IMG/VR virus record: IMGVR_UViG_3300013121_000039
Location: 74,311 to 138,310 of that record
Source of the DNA: a virus
Taxonomy: Duplodnaviria > Caudoviricetes
DNA length: 64,000 nt
Direction: 5' to 3' (one strand)
Position 1 is the first letter of the stretch, and each line of letters begins with the position of its first letter. This document shows positions 36,301 through 46,094 of this stretch, piece after piece. The notes beneath the pieces are model-generated. The model saw only the letters and a list, made by a program, of their open reading frames with translations, ran no database searches and had not been told where the DNA came from. Both the position numbers and the translations under genes were made by a program.

Positions 36301-37768
36301 CCGCATCCTGGAAGCTGAACGACGCCTCCGAGTCCGAGACTGCGTTGGTGGCGTTGGTGACGAGAGACAGCCGCTCCAGAGAGAAGTGCGGGTTCTTGGT
36401 CGTTGAGCCGAGCTTGCCCAGGTCGGAGAGTCCGTCGATGACCGCCTGCGTGACGTCCTGCGTCGAAGGCCGCACGTAGATGTCCGTGCGGCCGTAGATG
36501 TGGACCTCCCCGCTCGGAACGGAGAGGTCGACGGCCTCCCCTCCCGGCAGCGACGACACCTTGATCTGACTCTTCTTCGAGAACCCGCCCTCGAAGGACC
36601 TGGGGAGGGTAGAGAGGAAGTCAGAGAGCGTGTCCCCGAAGATCGTGCCGAGCACGTTCGACGGGTCGGACCACCGCACGAGGTAGGACCTCAGGAATCC
36701 GGACTCCGCCGCGGCCTGGTCGAAGAGGAGCTCCTCGACCACCAGACGCACCAGGCGCAGAGACTGCGGGACGCCGTCGATGTTGAGGTAGGCGTAGACG
36801 GAGTCACCGGCCGCAGGAGAATCCAGCTCCTCGCCTTCCAGGGTCCGGGCCCGCACGTAGGCCAGCTTGTCGTAGAGCTCCACCCTTCCGGTGATCCAGG
36901 AGTGGCCAGGACCAGAAGCCACCAGCAGGTCTCGCTGCATCTCCGGGTCCTTGGCCCCGATGACCTGCACGGCCCGCAGAGACCCGCGGAAGACCGAGTT
37001 GAGCAGCGCCGGCGCACCGCGCGGAGAGGTGAGGCTCCGCTCGGTCAGCGACTGCTCGGCGGCCTGCACGAACGCCGTCGAGTCCTGCTTCGCCGAGCCT
37101 CCGATGAACTTCGTGAGGTTCGTGACCTTGACGACGTTGGAGACGCCTTCGATGCCGACCAGGTCACCGACTGCGAGGTTGTAGGAGTCGCCAGGCTGCT
37201 CCGCGCGCAGCGGCACGTCGACGTAGAAGAGCGTGCCGTCCCTGTTGAAGGCCACGGTCTCGGCCGAGACCGTGAGCGGCAGAGTCGGGAAGAAGGAGAG
37301 GCCGGTGGAGCTGAAGGCCCTGGTGGCCAGCTCGATGCGGACATCGGTCGGGGTCTGGAAGTAGATCCGGCCGATGCCGATGGAGAAGCCGCCCGGGTCT
37401 CTGGTGTCGAAGAGGTTGGCGACGACCGCGTCGACGTCGTCGTCCGAGAGCAGAGTCGGGTCGATGACCGACTGGGACCGGCGGATGGAGTTCGTCTCCC
37501 GCTTCCAGGGCTCCAGGATGAGCTTCAGCGGGTTGACGAAGGTGTCCCTGATGGCCCCTGGGTCGGTGGCGTAGAGGTCCGGGAACTCCTGGGCGAAGCG
37601 GTCCGTCAGGAAGGAGTCGATGTCGGTCTCGAACGGATCCGCGCCGAGGTAAGAGAGGAGCGGGTCGACGAACTTCGTCTGAGCCGGAGAACCAGACGAG
37701 ACGTCCATCGACGGATCCAGAGCGAGGAGGCGGGTCTCGATGAACGACTTGAGTTCGGTGCTGGCCAT
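33290..37768 (-). CDS. Baseplate J-like protein (1492 aa)
   Basis: N-terminal GAIRDTFVNP...AEQPGDSYN...GG baseplate J pattern. Confidence 0.7.
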   Translation of the reverse strand: MASTELKSFIETRLLALDPSMDVSSGSPAQTKFVDPLLSYLGADPFETDIDSFLTDRFAQEFPDLYATDPGAIRDTFVNPLKLILEPWKRETNSIRRSQSVIDPTLLSDDDVDAVVANLFDTRDPGGFSIGIGRIYFQTPTDVRIELATRAFSSTGLSFFPTLPLTVSAETVAFNRDGTLFYVDVPLRAEQPGDSYNLAVGDLVGIEGVSNVVKVTNLTKFIGGSAKQDSTAFVQAAEQSLTERSLTSPRGAPALLNSVFRGSLRAVQVIGAKDPEMQRDLLVASGPGHSWITGRVELYDKLAYVRARTLEGEELDSPAAGDSVYAYLNIDGVPQSLRLVRLVVEELLFDQAAAESGFLRSYLVRWSDPSNVLGTIFGDTLSDFLSTLPRSFEGGFSKKSQIKVSSLPGGEAVDLSVPSGEVHIYGRTDIYVRPSTQDVTQAVIDGLSDLGKLGSTTKNPHFSLERLSLVTNATNAVSDSEASFSFQDAGVEVGDLIFIEEGPDAGSYVICEIAGSTVRLAQSLTASKLNVRYRILKNIRINPFEPRTVRFPFGNVEQKVLQSTIGSELVTLANTDLLQYGAKVGDTLRILSGPDAGDYTITAFDPTLGGQGAILNKKLSATSYDLAFEVFYFQEPVERPLVRVREILLLDSTQQSTGLSIPPADPVAVVPTGPMTSAKVLGGSQTASGFVLPDLAGLIDPYSNIASPGGGRYSNGYDRADGVYLPMLFGAGTYGELDTRSDTKGKTSFFVATTEVFSDAVNTPPIEPNPGECLSIKNGPNKGDYLIRAVHKFRYQVDGSTDAYVYFIQIYGEFPVDPLKLILDFCSAHAVPTGLESLSFPLQFPDFFSTWYSTLSSKLATAISNAGAAALDVSEVEAALNNMVQCRYEWGLPARGVLRSYFKEPTVFTQKTADAAQPTLFRFTTDAGEAIQYRPDPVRYSSRQVVPATTGDETDPKEFPRDLVVGGANTVAFSDDSKLPIFTAGVVVGDTLSVHEEVFLYGDKWGQAIISTEAGSSKLVAPESTGGPFTPAMVGNLLCLDAGDDAGGYRITSYVDAYTVTVDRVLSASSPVVTKSGSGASYGLSTDFGDPKFVVFSGATKPFTDSDVGAYICLFGIDYRAMGTFLIEEVLNKDITGHGDYVVLTDQSVMPAFPSGAGVTRWVIIPATDLPAPTSQLWDGVDYGGRDMVGLVPFRIYESERSDYAFSAVANDSVVSGGTTAAQVRDGVGQPYRILKDNERRITTTEMSKKVDGALYYFDTEVVSLSPSDLANIAKDSYLALEPGTFSSLGYRHAVEDTTLSYSTRETGFLDLPVVLLPLGSPDSPDAYIRLVGAPIQISYERADLVRLVQNFIDSPTDRTLAADLLARHFLPAYVSYTASYVGGRDPAVIVKAIRSYIDQLSIETPVDVSEIEKLIDQNGGNPDTPTKVAVTLYDWNRRVWVEFSEDEVGGSASSNPKVGYSGSPRLIYFIPGADASGTSSVSGEQIKLTRR

Positions 37769-37772
37769 TCGA

Positions 37773-38417
37773 TCACCTGACGGTCACAAGAGCTGCGTCG
37801 CCAACGACGTTGCGGAGGTCGATGACGCCGTAGAGGGTGGTGGTCTCCGAGTCGAAGCGGACGCTGGAGAGCGACGCCGAGAGGAGCCGCTCCTCGGGAG
37901 GGATGCGCCGGTTGTTGGCCTGGGCCCGGAAGACATTCTTCTTGGTCCTGTCCACCGCCATGGAGAGCTCGGCGGTGGCCCCATGCCCATCCGTCACGGC
38001 CTTGCCGATGATGGACCTCGCACCACCACCGCTCGCCTGATCGAAGATGTCCGAACCAGGCGTCGTGAAGAGCTCCAAGAGGAACTGCTGGATGAGTCGG
38101 TCGAGGCCGCCGACCATCCTCACCCCGCGACCCACGTTGAGGGAGATCTGAGCGTCCTGCGTCGACACGGCGGAGTCGGCCAGGACCAAGAGGGACCGGA
38201 GAGGGACCCCGACCTGCGAGTCCGGGATCCTGACCACGAGCCTCCCGGTCCCCATGATGACGAACTCTGGTGCTGCGACGTCGTTGTAGAGGATCTCGAC
38301 CGTCGAGTTCAGATCCTGGCCCAGGACGATGAGGGCCGGCGGCGAGAAGTTCCGGACTGGGGAGACCGAGGTGACCTTGAGGACGGTCCTGGCCTGGACG
38401 ATCTTGAAGTCCTTCAC
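37773..38417 (-). CDS. gp25-like baseplate protein
   Basis: LIQQFLLELFTTPGS...GGG motif upstream of J-like gene. Confidence 0.65.
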   Translation of the reverse strand: MKDFKIVQARTVLKVTSVSPVRNFSPPALIVLGQDLNSTVEILYNDVAAPEFVIMGTGRLVVRIPDSQVGVPLRSLLVLADSAVSTQDAQISLNVGRGVRMVGGLDRLIQQFLLELFTTPGSDIFDQASGGGARSIIGKAVTDGHGATAELSMAVDRTKKNVFRAQANNRRIPPEERLLSASLSSVRFDSETTTLYGVIDLRNVVGDAALVTVR

Positions 38418-38647
38418 AGGCTCTCCTCGCTCTCCAGCCCGGCCACGACGGCATCCACATGCGCCTCCAGCGTGGTGAGGCGCATCAGCTTCGCCACCCT
38501 CTTCGTGGACGGAGAGCCCTGGATGAGGTCGACCTGCTCCTGGAGAAGATCCCCCAGGGTCATGCCAGACAAGGCCTTCGTCATCGCGTCGCCGCGGACA
38601 GCCGAGTAGGCGGCGTGCAGGGACTCCTCGACGCTAGACCTGGCCAT
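38414..38647 (-). CDS. Hypothetical protein
   Basis: Coupled ORF. Confidence 0.55.
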   Translation of the reverse strand: MARSSVEESLHAAYSAVRGDAMTKALSGMTLGDLLQEQVDLIQGSPSTKRVAKLMRLTTLEAHVDAVVAGLESEESL

Positions 38648-40700
38648 CCCACACCTCCCCGGCCGAGATGGAGGCGCCTGCGGAGTCCTGCACCGTCGAG
38701 GGCAGGGCGGACACGGCCACCGCGGACGTCGCCTTCAAGAAGGTGCCGGCGTAGCTGGCCATGTCCTCGTCCAGTTCCAAGAGTGCCTGAAGGTCGCACC
38801 GCAGCAGCAAGTCCGTCGCCCGGTCGTAGTTCTTCTCAGCCAGGGTGAGGAGGATGCCGTCAACGATCCGACGCTCCTCGTCAGCGGCCCCTGGCGGGAG
38901 CATTGTCGACGGGTCCCCCAAGAGGTTCAAGAGTGTTGTGAGGTGGGATGCGAGAGAGGAGAGCGCCTTACGAGCCTCCCCTCTCTGGGCCTGAGTCTGC
39001 GAGGCCATGAGAGAAGCGAAGAGGCGGTCCAAGACCGCCAAGTCTGTCGCGAACTGCGTCTTCCTCCAGCTCTTCAAGAAACGGTTCAGGGCAGGGAAGA
39101 GTGCGTCGTAGCACTGCGTCAAGGCACTGGAGGCGTAGAGGGGGCCCGTGAACGACTCCACAGCCCTCTCCAAGTAGACCGTCGGCAGGTCCACGTCCTG
39201 CACCAAGATCCCATCAGCCTTCTTCGAGCCGAGGCGCACGGTGTCCCCCACTTGGAGGACGTCCCCGGGGGCGAGCTCCAGGAGCACCAAGGTCTTGGTC
39301 AGGGCACGGTGCTGGCCCGTGATGCCGAACGAGTCAGGGGCCGAGACCGTCACCACGGTCCCAGGGGCCGTCTCCGGCCCCTCGATGAGGACCCTGTCGT
39401 CAGACGTCGCGGTGAAGGAGAACGTCGGGAAGAGAAGGCCGAGCGCATCAGCCGCATCCCTGGCACTCACCTTCTGGGAGCCGGTCTTCCCGACCGTGAG
39501 GCCGAGAACGGAAGCGCCCGTGGACTGGAAGTACTTCTTCGTCCCAGTCGTCGTCCCCAGCGAGAAGAAGGCCCCGCCCGGCTCCACACGGAGCGACTCC
39601 GACCCAGGAGCGTAGAACAGCACCCGGTTCGAGGTCCCGGCGTAGGACGCTGCCCGGACGGTGGAGGGGGCACGGAAGTTGAAGTCCGTCACCAGGTCGA
39701 GGACCGTCGCGTACGGGCCGGCCAGCTGCACCAGAGTGGGATCCGACAGGTCGGTGGAGAAGACGACCTGCCCAGGGGCACTCATCGGGAACTGGATGGG
39801 GTCGGAGATGAGGAAGGCCGAGGCTGGGACGAAGAAGGTGAAGGCGATGTTGTCGATGCTGAATACCGGCGAGGCGCCGAGGTCGAAGGGGCCCTGCTGG
39901 CTGAGGATGGACACCGTCTCCGGAGAGCTCTCGACTTGAGTGCCGGCAGGGACTGGAGGGTCGAACAGCGCGGGCGGGGATGTGATGGTCGACACCGCGG
40001 CTCTGGCCGCGATGAGGCGCACAGCGATGTCACGAGAAGCTGCTGGGTCCCCTCCCGCGTCCAGATGCGCCAGGATGTCTTCCAGGTCCGCGCGGGCACG
40101 CGCCACAGCGGAGGTCCCCAGCATCGCGGAGAAGGGGGAGGCGGTGAAGTTCTCGATCCCGACGGCCAGCGTGTAGAGGCGGCTCAAGGTCTCCGTGTGG
40201 AGATCCTTCAAGGCGGCCAGGTCGCTCGGCAAGTCCCGCAACGCCTCCGACGCCGGGCGGGTGAGCTGTGAGGCCCCCTTCTTCCGCACGTTCCTGGAGA
40301 TGTGACGGGTGAGGAACTCCTGAACCGCCCGCTCAAAGACCTGGACGGAGCCGTTTCCTGAAGGGAGACGGGGGAGGTTCTCCATCTGGAGCAGCGCCGA
40401 TCTGGCCGTGGCCAGCACGTCCGCTCCGCCCAACTTGGTGGAGAAGTTTCCCAAGTCGGAGATGTCCGACTGGAGCGCCGTCACCTGGCTCAGCTCGGCC
40501 TGGACCGCCTTCATCAAGCCGTTGCGAGCCAGGTGGGCCAGGTAGAGCGCGGTGCGGGGCTTCAGCAGGAAGGTGAGGGCGATGGAGCCGAAGATGGCGG
40601 ACGCGTTCAGCCCGGAGCTCTGGGCCCCAGGATCCCTTGGTCCCGAAACGCTCTGCGAGAGGAGCGCGGAGACCTGGTCGCTGACCGTCCGCGCTGCCAT
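38634..40700 (-). CDS. Virion structural protein
   Basis: About 688-aa ORF in tail module. Confidence 0.6.
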   Translation of the reverse strand: MAARTVSDQVSALLSQSVSGPRDPGAQSSGLNASAIFGSIALTFLLKPRTALYLAHLARNGLMKAVQAELSQVTALQSDISDLGNFSTKLGGADVLATARSALLQMENLPRLPSGNGSVQVFERAVQEFLTRHISRNVRKKGASQLTRPASEALRDLPSDLAALKDLHTETLSRLYTLAVGIENFTASPFSAMLGTSAVARARADLEDILAHLDAGGDPAASRDIAVRLIAARAAVSTITSPPALFDPPVPAGTQVESSPETVSILSQQGPFDLGASPVFSIDNIAFTFFVPASAFLISDPIQFPMSAPGQVVFSTDLSDPTLVQLAGPYATVLDLVTDFNFRAPSTVRAASYAGTSNRVLFYAPGSESLRVEPGGAFFSLGTTTGTKKYFQSTGASVLGLTVGKTGSQKVSARDAADALGLLFPTFSFTATSDDRVLIEGPETAPGTVVTVSAPDSFGITGQHRALTKTLVLLELAPGDVLQVGDTVRLGSKKADGILVQDVDLPTVYLERAVESFTGPLYASSALTQCYDALFPALNRFLKSWRKTQFATDLAVLDRLFASLMASQTQAQRGEARKALSSLASHLTTLLNLLGDPSTMLPPGAADEERRIVDGILLTLAEKNYDRATDLLLRCDLQALLELDEDMASYAGTFLKATSAVAVSALPSTVQDSAGASISAGEVWDGQV

Positions 40701-41137
40701 CAAGCGTCCTCGAACATCTCTCCGATGAGGCGGCGCTCAGCCTCGGCCAGGACGAGAGGGGTCGCCGAATCCCTCTCCAGGTGCTCGATCTTGGCGACGT
40801 GTTCCTTGGTGAGGTGGCGGGCCCAGGCCCGGATCTTCTCCGGCGGCAGGTCGACCAGATGGCAGACGTTCTCGAAGGAGTTGAAGAGCTCGCTGGGCTG
40901 GAAGAGCCAGACGAAGGCGTACTCGGCGATCTTCCGATGCTCCAGCTTCAGGGAGTCCCGGTAGCTCACCCAGTCGAAGGCCGCCCGGATGATGACCTTC
41001 ATCCAGAGCGCCCGGTACCCCACGTAGCGGTCGACGCTGCGCTGCATCGAGTCTGGCATCGACCGACACGCGCTGGGGTAGTACGTCACGTCCGGCACGA
41101 GCCGGTTCGCCATCTTCGCCAGGGCCTGTTGGGTCAT
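40700..41137 (-). CDS. Hypothetical protein
   Basis: ALW..VI.RA..D...WLF...SFENVC pattern. Confidence 0.65.
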   Translation of the reverse strand: MTQQALAKMANRLVPDVTYYPSACRSMPDSMQRSVDRYVGYRALWMKVIIRAAFDWVSYRDSLKLEHRKIAEYAFVWLFQPSELFNSFENVCHLVDLPPEKIRAWARHLTKEHVAKIEHLERDSATPLVLAEAERRLIGEMFEDA

Positions 41138-42048
41138 GACACGTTCACCGTGAGGGTCGGAGTCCCGATGTTGTAGGTAGGGAGGCGGAGCGGGTAGAGG
41201 TCCGGCCGGATCGAGGCTGTGATCTCGAAGGTGCCGGTCGCCTTGCCCAGGATGACGAGTACGCCGTCGGATGTGCGGAAGGAGACGTCAGCGAGGAGGG
41301 AGTCCGAGGCGTCGAACTGGATGAGGTTCCCGAGGTCCGCGGAGTGCGTCTGGAAGTCGCTGAAGGCAACCTCGACCGGCACCTCCACGAACTGCCCGAT
41401 GGTCACGGCGACAGGCGACGGCAGGCCGAAGGTGAGGGCAGTCGGCTCGGGGTGGATGAGCTCGATGAGGTTGGCCGTGGACCGATCCGGCACGACGATG
41501 GTCCAGAGCTCGTCCTCCTCCCCAGAGTAGGTAATCCAGTACTTGCCGGTGCGGAGCAGGTCGACCGACACGAACCCGTTCGCGTCAGTCCGGAGCTCCA
41601 CAGCCGACGAAGACACCATGGCGCTGTCCACGACCTTCGGGGCCCTGAGCAGCAGCTCGGACTCTGCCGAGATACGGACCATGGCATTCGCCACTGGCTG
41701 GTTGCGGAAGTTGATGAACCTTCCGATGCAGCGGCAGACCCTTGGGTCGAGTGGGACGCCGAAGACGCCGACCGGGGTGGCAGCGACGGTGAAGCCGTTC
41801 GGGGCCTCCGGCAGCTCTGGCTCGTTCACCACCGCCGTCTGCGGCATGGCGAAGAGGAAGCCTGCTTTGAAGAAGCGCAACTCGTAGGTCCCGCCCGGGA
41901 GCAGGAGAGATGCGCGGCCATCGGCGTCCGTCGACCCCATGCCCACCTGCTGGAACGTGGTCGGGTCGAACGCACCGACCACCGCTCCTTCGATGGGCGC
42001 TGGGGTTGCGGAGTCGTCCTCCACGTACACGTTGACTGGGACGGCCAT
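41134..42048 (-). CDS. Ig/carboxypeptidase-regulatory-like repeat structural protein
   Basis: PIEGAVV...TDADG...GTYELRF. Confidence 0.65.
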   Translation of the reverse strand: MAVPVNVYVEDDSATPAPIEGAVVGAFDPTTFQQVGMGSTDADGRASLLLPGGTYELRFFKAGFLFAMPQTAVVNEPELPEAPNGFTVAATPVGVFGVPLDPRVCRCIGRFINFRNQPVANAMVRISAESELLLRAPKVVDSAMVSSSAVELRTDANGFVSVDLLRTGKYWITYSGEEDELWTIVVPDRSTANLIELIHPEPTALTFGLPSPVAVTIGQFVEVPVEVAFSDFQTHSADLGNLIQFDASDSLLADVSFRTSDGVLVILGKATGTFEITASIRPDLYPLRLPTYNIGTPTLTVNVS

Positions 42049-42969
42049 CTACAGCGACCTCCGCGTGAGGAGTGGGGGAGTCGTCTGAACCGTGAACGGG
42101 TCGGCCACGTCGGAGAGGGCACTCATGAGGTCGAACGCCGGCGTGGCAGGAACCGTGATGACGCGAACGAGACTGGTCCCCTCCACTGCGACGCACACCC
42201 GCGCGCCTTGGGCGAGGGGGAATTGCAGGAAGCCGTTCTCGTCAGCGGTGTAGAGGCGGGACCCGCCGTCGACGAAGCGGGACCCCACCGACCCGACCTC
42301 CGGCGCGACGATGATCGTCGTCCTGGCCGGCCGACCGTCGATGGTGGTGAACCGGGCCGTAGCCAGGCTCACGGGAACGTCCGACAGCGGTGCCTGCGAA
42401 CCGGCAGCCAGCGGAGAGACCTTCGAGACGGGGTTCGCCCCGTTGTCGCTGTAGCGCCACTGGTACCTGGAGAGGCTGGAACCGGAGACGTCGAAGTAGA
42501 CGTAGAGGGTCTGCTCCGCCACGAGCGCTGGGCGCTGGTCCTTGCCATACACGATCCCAGTCGGGAAGCCGAAGAAGGCGGCCCCCTGGGTCACCTCCAG
42601 GGAGCTGGCCCGACCAGAGGAAAGGGTGCGGAGCACCACCGTCCCATCGACTACGCTGGCCACGCCTGGCACGGCAGCCTCGATGGCCGACACGACCTGC
42701 GCCGGCGTCCAGTCAGCGAAGACTGGGGAGAAGGTGACCGACTGCGCCTCCCCGCCGTCGAGGCTGAACGCCAGGGTCATGCCGCCGACCCGGAAGTAGG
42801 ACGCCTTCTTGGAAGAGACCCGAGCCGGCTCGGCAGACGGAGCGGTGATCTCGACGACCTCGTTGTCCGCCCCAGAGGTCTCGAAGATCTCGATGGTCGT
42901 GAAGCCCAGGTCGAGCAGCGTGGCGATCTCGCCAGCCATGACCGACACGGTGTTGACGAGCGTGCTCAT
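42049..42969 (-). CDS. Virion structural protein
   Basis: Beta-rich; TADENG repeat-like motif. Confidence 0.6.
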   Translation of the reverse strand: MSTLVNTVSVMAGEIATLLDLGFTTIEIFETSGADNEVVEITAPSAEPARVSSKKASYFRVGGMTLAFSLDGGEAQSVTFSPVFADWTPAQVVSAIEAAVPGVASVVDGTVVLRTLSSGRASSLEVTQGAAFFGFPTGIVYGKDQRPALVAEQTLYVYFDVSGSSLSRYQWRYSDNGANPVSKVSPLAAGSQAPLSDVPVSLATARFTTIDGRPARTTIIVAPEVGSVGSRFVDGGSRLYTADENGFLQFPLAQGARVCVAVEGTSLVRVITVPATPAFDLMSALSDVADPFTVQTTPPLLTRRSL

Positions 42970-42983
42970 CTACTCCTCCGCTG

Positions 42984-43304
42984 CTAGTGCTTCTTCTGAC
43001 GCGGCGGAGGCTCGGGAGGAGCTCCGATGGCGTTGGTGATGCGCTTGGCGGCCTCTTGTCCCTTCTTCTTCTCGTCGATGACTTCCTGAAGCGAAGCAGA
43101 GACGGTCTGGTAGAAGCCGGTGACTTCGCCGTGCTGCTTGGTGTCCCTCGGGACCATGATGGGATCCGAACTCTCCGCATGCACGATGTCCGAGAACTCC
43201 GGCGGCGGGCTGTCGGTCTTCTCGATGGTCTTCAGCTCCTCCTCCGCCACGTACTTGGCAAACCGCTTGTCCCGCAGACGCTGGAAGAACTTGACGATCC
43301 CCAT
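42984..43304 (-). CDS. Hypothetical protein
   Basis: Packed ORF. Confidence 0.6.
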   Translation of the reverse strand: MGIVKFFQRLRDKRFAKYVAEEELKTIEKTDSPPPEFSDIVHAESSDPIMVPRDTKQHGEVTGFYQTVSASLQEVIDEKKKGQEAAKRITNAIGAPPEPPPRQKKH

Positions 43305-43310
43305 GACCGC

Positions 43311-43637
43311 CTACCGATCCCGCATGAGCGCCGAGACCATGTCCCCGATGCGATCCAGGGCCAGGTTGGTCTCCTTCTGGGCAGCCGCATGCTCGCTGAT
43401 GATGTCCACGAGCTGAGTCGCGATCTTGTGGGAGTCGTCCACTCGCTTCTCCTGCGTCGCAGCCACCCGCTGCCCCATGTCATCCTGCCGCTTGGCAAAC
43501 TCGTCCTGCATCTTCCGCATCTCGGTGTTAAGACGAACCGTGTCCCTCCAAAGCCAGATCATGCCGACCACGGGCGCTGCCAGAAGCAGTCCGAAGAGCC
43601 CGTAGCTGTCGATCATCAACTTGAGAAACGAATCCAT
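43311..43637 (-). CDS. Single-TM coiled-coil protein (holin-like)
   Basis: YGLFGLLLAAPVVGMIWLW then coiled coil. Confidence 0.55.
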   Translation of the reverse strand: MDSFLKLMIDSYGLFGLLLAAPVVGMIWLWRDTVRLNTEMRKMQDEFAKRQDDMGQRVAATQEKRVDDSHKIATQLVDIISEHAAAQKETNLALDRIGDMVSALMRDR

Positions 43638-43844
43638 CTACTTCCCAGAGAGGTATGAGGCGATGTCCTTCTCAGCCACGGCGGAGACAGCGTCGATCCC
43701 AACGTCCTGAAGCCCGCGTCCCTTCTGGCCTGTCCTCATGACGGCCTTCAAGACCGCCGCCTCATTCGTCAGGCGCAGCCTCTCCTTGGAGACGTACTCC
43801 TTGGTGGCCTGCTGGAGCGCCTTCAGCTTGGGAGAGGCGGCCAT
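43638..43844 (-). CDS. Hypothetical protein
   Basis: Coupled ORF. Confidence 0.55.
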   Translation of the reverse strand: MAASPKLKALQQATKEYVSKERLRLTNEAAVLKAVMRTGQKGRGLQDVGIDAVSAVAEKDIASYLSGK

Positions 43845-44755
43845 CAGTCCATCCACTTCTTCATCTTGGTGCGCAGCACCTTGCGAATCTTGGAGACCTT
43901 GGTGACGTGCCAGCCGAGCCTCTTGGCGAGCACGCCGGTGCTCAGGGCTGGCTTCCCTCCGTCCCGCGGGTAGACGAGCTCGTGGACCTTCTTCTCGTCC
44001 GGCTTCAGCCCGTGGTAGATGAGCCGCGCCGCCATCAGCTCCTGGTTCAGGGCAGTCGAAGTCGCGCCTTCCAGCACCTCGCCACCAGCGTCGATGTCGA
44101 GGCCGCGGCGGACCTGCCGGTGCACCATGAGGGCGTCGTTCTCGGACAGCCGCTTCCCGGTCCAGTCCTTCGAGTGGGTGTGCTCGACGATCTGGTTGAG
44201 GGAGGGCTGGTACCCCAGCTTGGCGGTCAGCTCCTCCTGTGCGGTGCGGAAGGGCGTGATATTGTCAGCCACCTCATCGGAGATCTTGGCGGTGTTCTGG
44301 TACTTGCGGACGAAGCGGCCCAGCCCACGCAGGTGGTTCACGATGTGGGTGGTGAGGTTGGCCCCGCCCTTCATCGACGGATTCCAGCTCTCCAGCGCAT
44401 CGTAGTAGAGCTTCGTCGCCTCGCCGAAGATGGCGTCCCGGTTCACCTCGACGCCGCGCCACTTGTTGACCTCCTTGTTGAGGAGGGACTGGTGGCTCTT
44501 CCAGAGAGGAGTGAAGTGGTCAGGGTGCTTGTCGTTCTGGACCCAGCTGTGCCAGAGCTCGACCTCGTTCTTGCGGGTCTTGCTCAGGCGGGCCTGACGC
44601 TCTGCCTGACTCTCCACCGGCTTGACCGCCGGCGGCTTCGGGACCTCGATCTTCGGAATGCGAAGCGCAGGCGGCTTCAGGGAACCCGCGTTCTTGGCCG
44701 CGAGCTTCCCGAGCACCCACTCCAGAGCCTCCACCTGTCGTCCGGAGTCCGCCAT
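43844..44755 (-). CDS. Sigma70-family RNA polymerase sigma factor (SigF/FliA-like)
   Basis: Region 2 ALESWNP..GANLTTH, region 3 ELTAKLGYQPS, region 4 LKPDEKKV...LAKRLG...VSKI. Confidence 0.8.
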   Translation of the reverse strand: MADSGRQVEALEWVLGKLAAKNAGSLKPPALRIPKIEVPKPPAVKPVESQAERQARLSKTRKNEVELWHSWVQNDKHPDHFTPLWKSHQSLLNKEVNKWRGVEVNRDAIFGEATKLYYDALESWNPSMKGGANLTTHIVNHLRGLGRFVRKYQNTAKISDEVADNITPFRTAQEELTAKLGYQPSLNQIVEHTHSKDWTGKRLSENDALMVHRQVRRGLDIDAGGEVLEGATSTALNQELMAARLIYHGLKPDEKKVHELVYPRDGGKPALSTGVLAKRLGWHVTKVSKIRKVLRTKMKKWMD

Positions 44756-44759
44756 CGCA

Positions 44760-46094
44760 TCAGGGGGTGCCGCCGGACATCATGGCCGTGGAGGGACGGG
44801 CGCTCTTCGGCGGCTTGAGGCTCACCGTGGGCCTGGTGCCGGCCCCACCAGGCGCCGCCGAGACCTTGAGGAGCTCCGGGTAGCGGCGCTGGGCCTCCGT
44901 GAGCTGCGAGTACGCCAGCTTGTCGAAGAAGGAATCGACGCTGGCGTACTTGTGCTGCCGCATCTCCCAGAGCATCTCCTGGTGACGCCGTTCCGCCGCC
45001 ATGTCCTTGGCGAGCTCGTGGTGCGCCACGTGACTGGCGATGGACCGATCGACACCCTTCGAGCTCTTGGAGTGCTTCTTCGCGTGCTCGATCTTGCGGT
45101 GGTCGTCGGACGCGAGACCCAGCCCGAACAGGCCTCCCAGCGCGCCTCCAGCCATGGCCCCCACCGGCACGCCGACGCGGCCATGACCAGCGCCCAGGAG
45201 GCCGCCGAGCCCGGCGCCGATGGCGGCGCCGGTGAGCCCTGCCTTCCCGTAGCCAGTGGGCTCCTCCTTGGCCTTGCGCTTCAGGTACTTCCCGTGCAGC
45301 TCCTTGCGGACACGGTACGGGATGGCGCCGTGGTAGCTCTCGCCCGGCACGTGCTCTCCGAAGATCTTGGCGAGCTTCTTGAGCGAGGCCGTCTTGGCGA
45401 GCATGGGCGCCATGGTCTCGGCGCCCTCGGCCTGGGCGAAGAGGCCCTTCACCTGCCGCTGGGCCTTCGCCTTGGCCACGTTGGCCTGGTCGAAGAGGGT
45501 CTCCGCCTCGGCACGGGTGGCCGCCCGGGTGAGCACCTTCGCTTCGGTCTGCGCCCGCTCCTCGGCGCCGAGGTTCGACACGGCCACCTTCTTCATGGCG
45601 TTCTCCTTCTTCCACGTCTTGCGACGGTGCTCCTTCCGGAGCTTGTGGGCGATGCCGAGTGTGGCGCCGGTGGCGAGGATGCCGGCCTTGACGCGGGGCG
45701 GCAGCTTCCCCTCGTACCACTTCTCGTTCATGATCTTGAAGCCTGGCTTGCCGTGCTTCTGCGCATGCTGGTGGAGAGCGGCCAGGCCCGTCTCGACAGC
45801 GTCTCCGGTGAACTTGGCCGCGCCAGCGCCGCCGAGCGCGTGGACCCCGTAGTTGAGCGCCTTGTCGTACTTCGTGGGCGGTGGGTCGTCGTCGTGCTTC
45901 TTGATGAGCCTCTTCAGCGCAGGCAGCACGTCCGGCCTCGGGCCGGCCGTCTTCTCAGCCTCCATCTCGGCTCGAATCTGCTCGGCCTTGGTGAGGATCT
46001 GCTGCGCCTTCTCGTAGGCAGCGCTCGGCATGGGCTGAGGCTGCGGATAGCTCCGCAGGGTCTCCGCCGAGAGGCCGAAAGGATGGACGCTCAC
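44760..46094 (-). CDS. Putative internal virion protein with glycine zippers
   Basis: GAAIGAGLGGLLGAG, GAMAGGALGGLFG; repeated KxA motifs. Confidence 0.6.
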   Translation of the reverse strand: MSVHPFGLSAETLRSYPQPQPMPSAAYEKAQQILTKAEQIRAEMEAEKTAGPRPDVLPALKRLIKKHDDDPPPTKYDKALNYGVHALGGAGAAKFTGDAVETGLAALHQHAQKHGKPGFKIMNEKWYEGKLPPRVKAGILATGATLGIAHKLRKEHRRKTWKKENAMKKVAVSNLGAEERAQTEAKVLTRAATRAEAETLFDQANVAKAKAQRQVKGLFAQAEGAETMAPMLAKTASLKKLAKIFGEHVPGESYHGAIPYRVRKELHGKYLKRKAKEEPTGYGKAGLTGAAIGAGLGGLLGAGHGRVGVPVGAMAGGALGGLFGLGLASDDHRKIEHAKKHSKSSKGVDRSIASHVAHHELAKDMAAERRHQEMLWEMRQHKYASVDSFFDKLAYSQLTEAQRRYPELLKVSAAPGGAGTRPTVSLKPPKSARPSTAMMSGGTP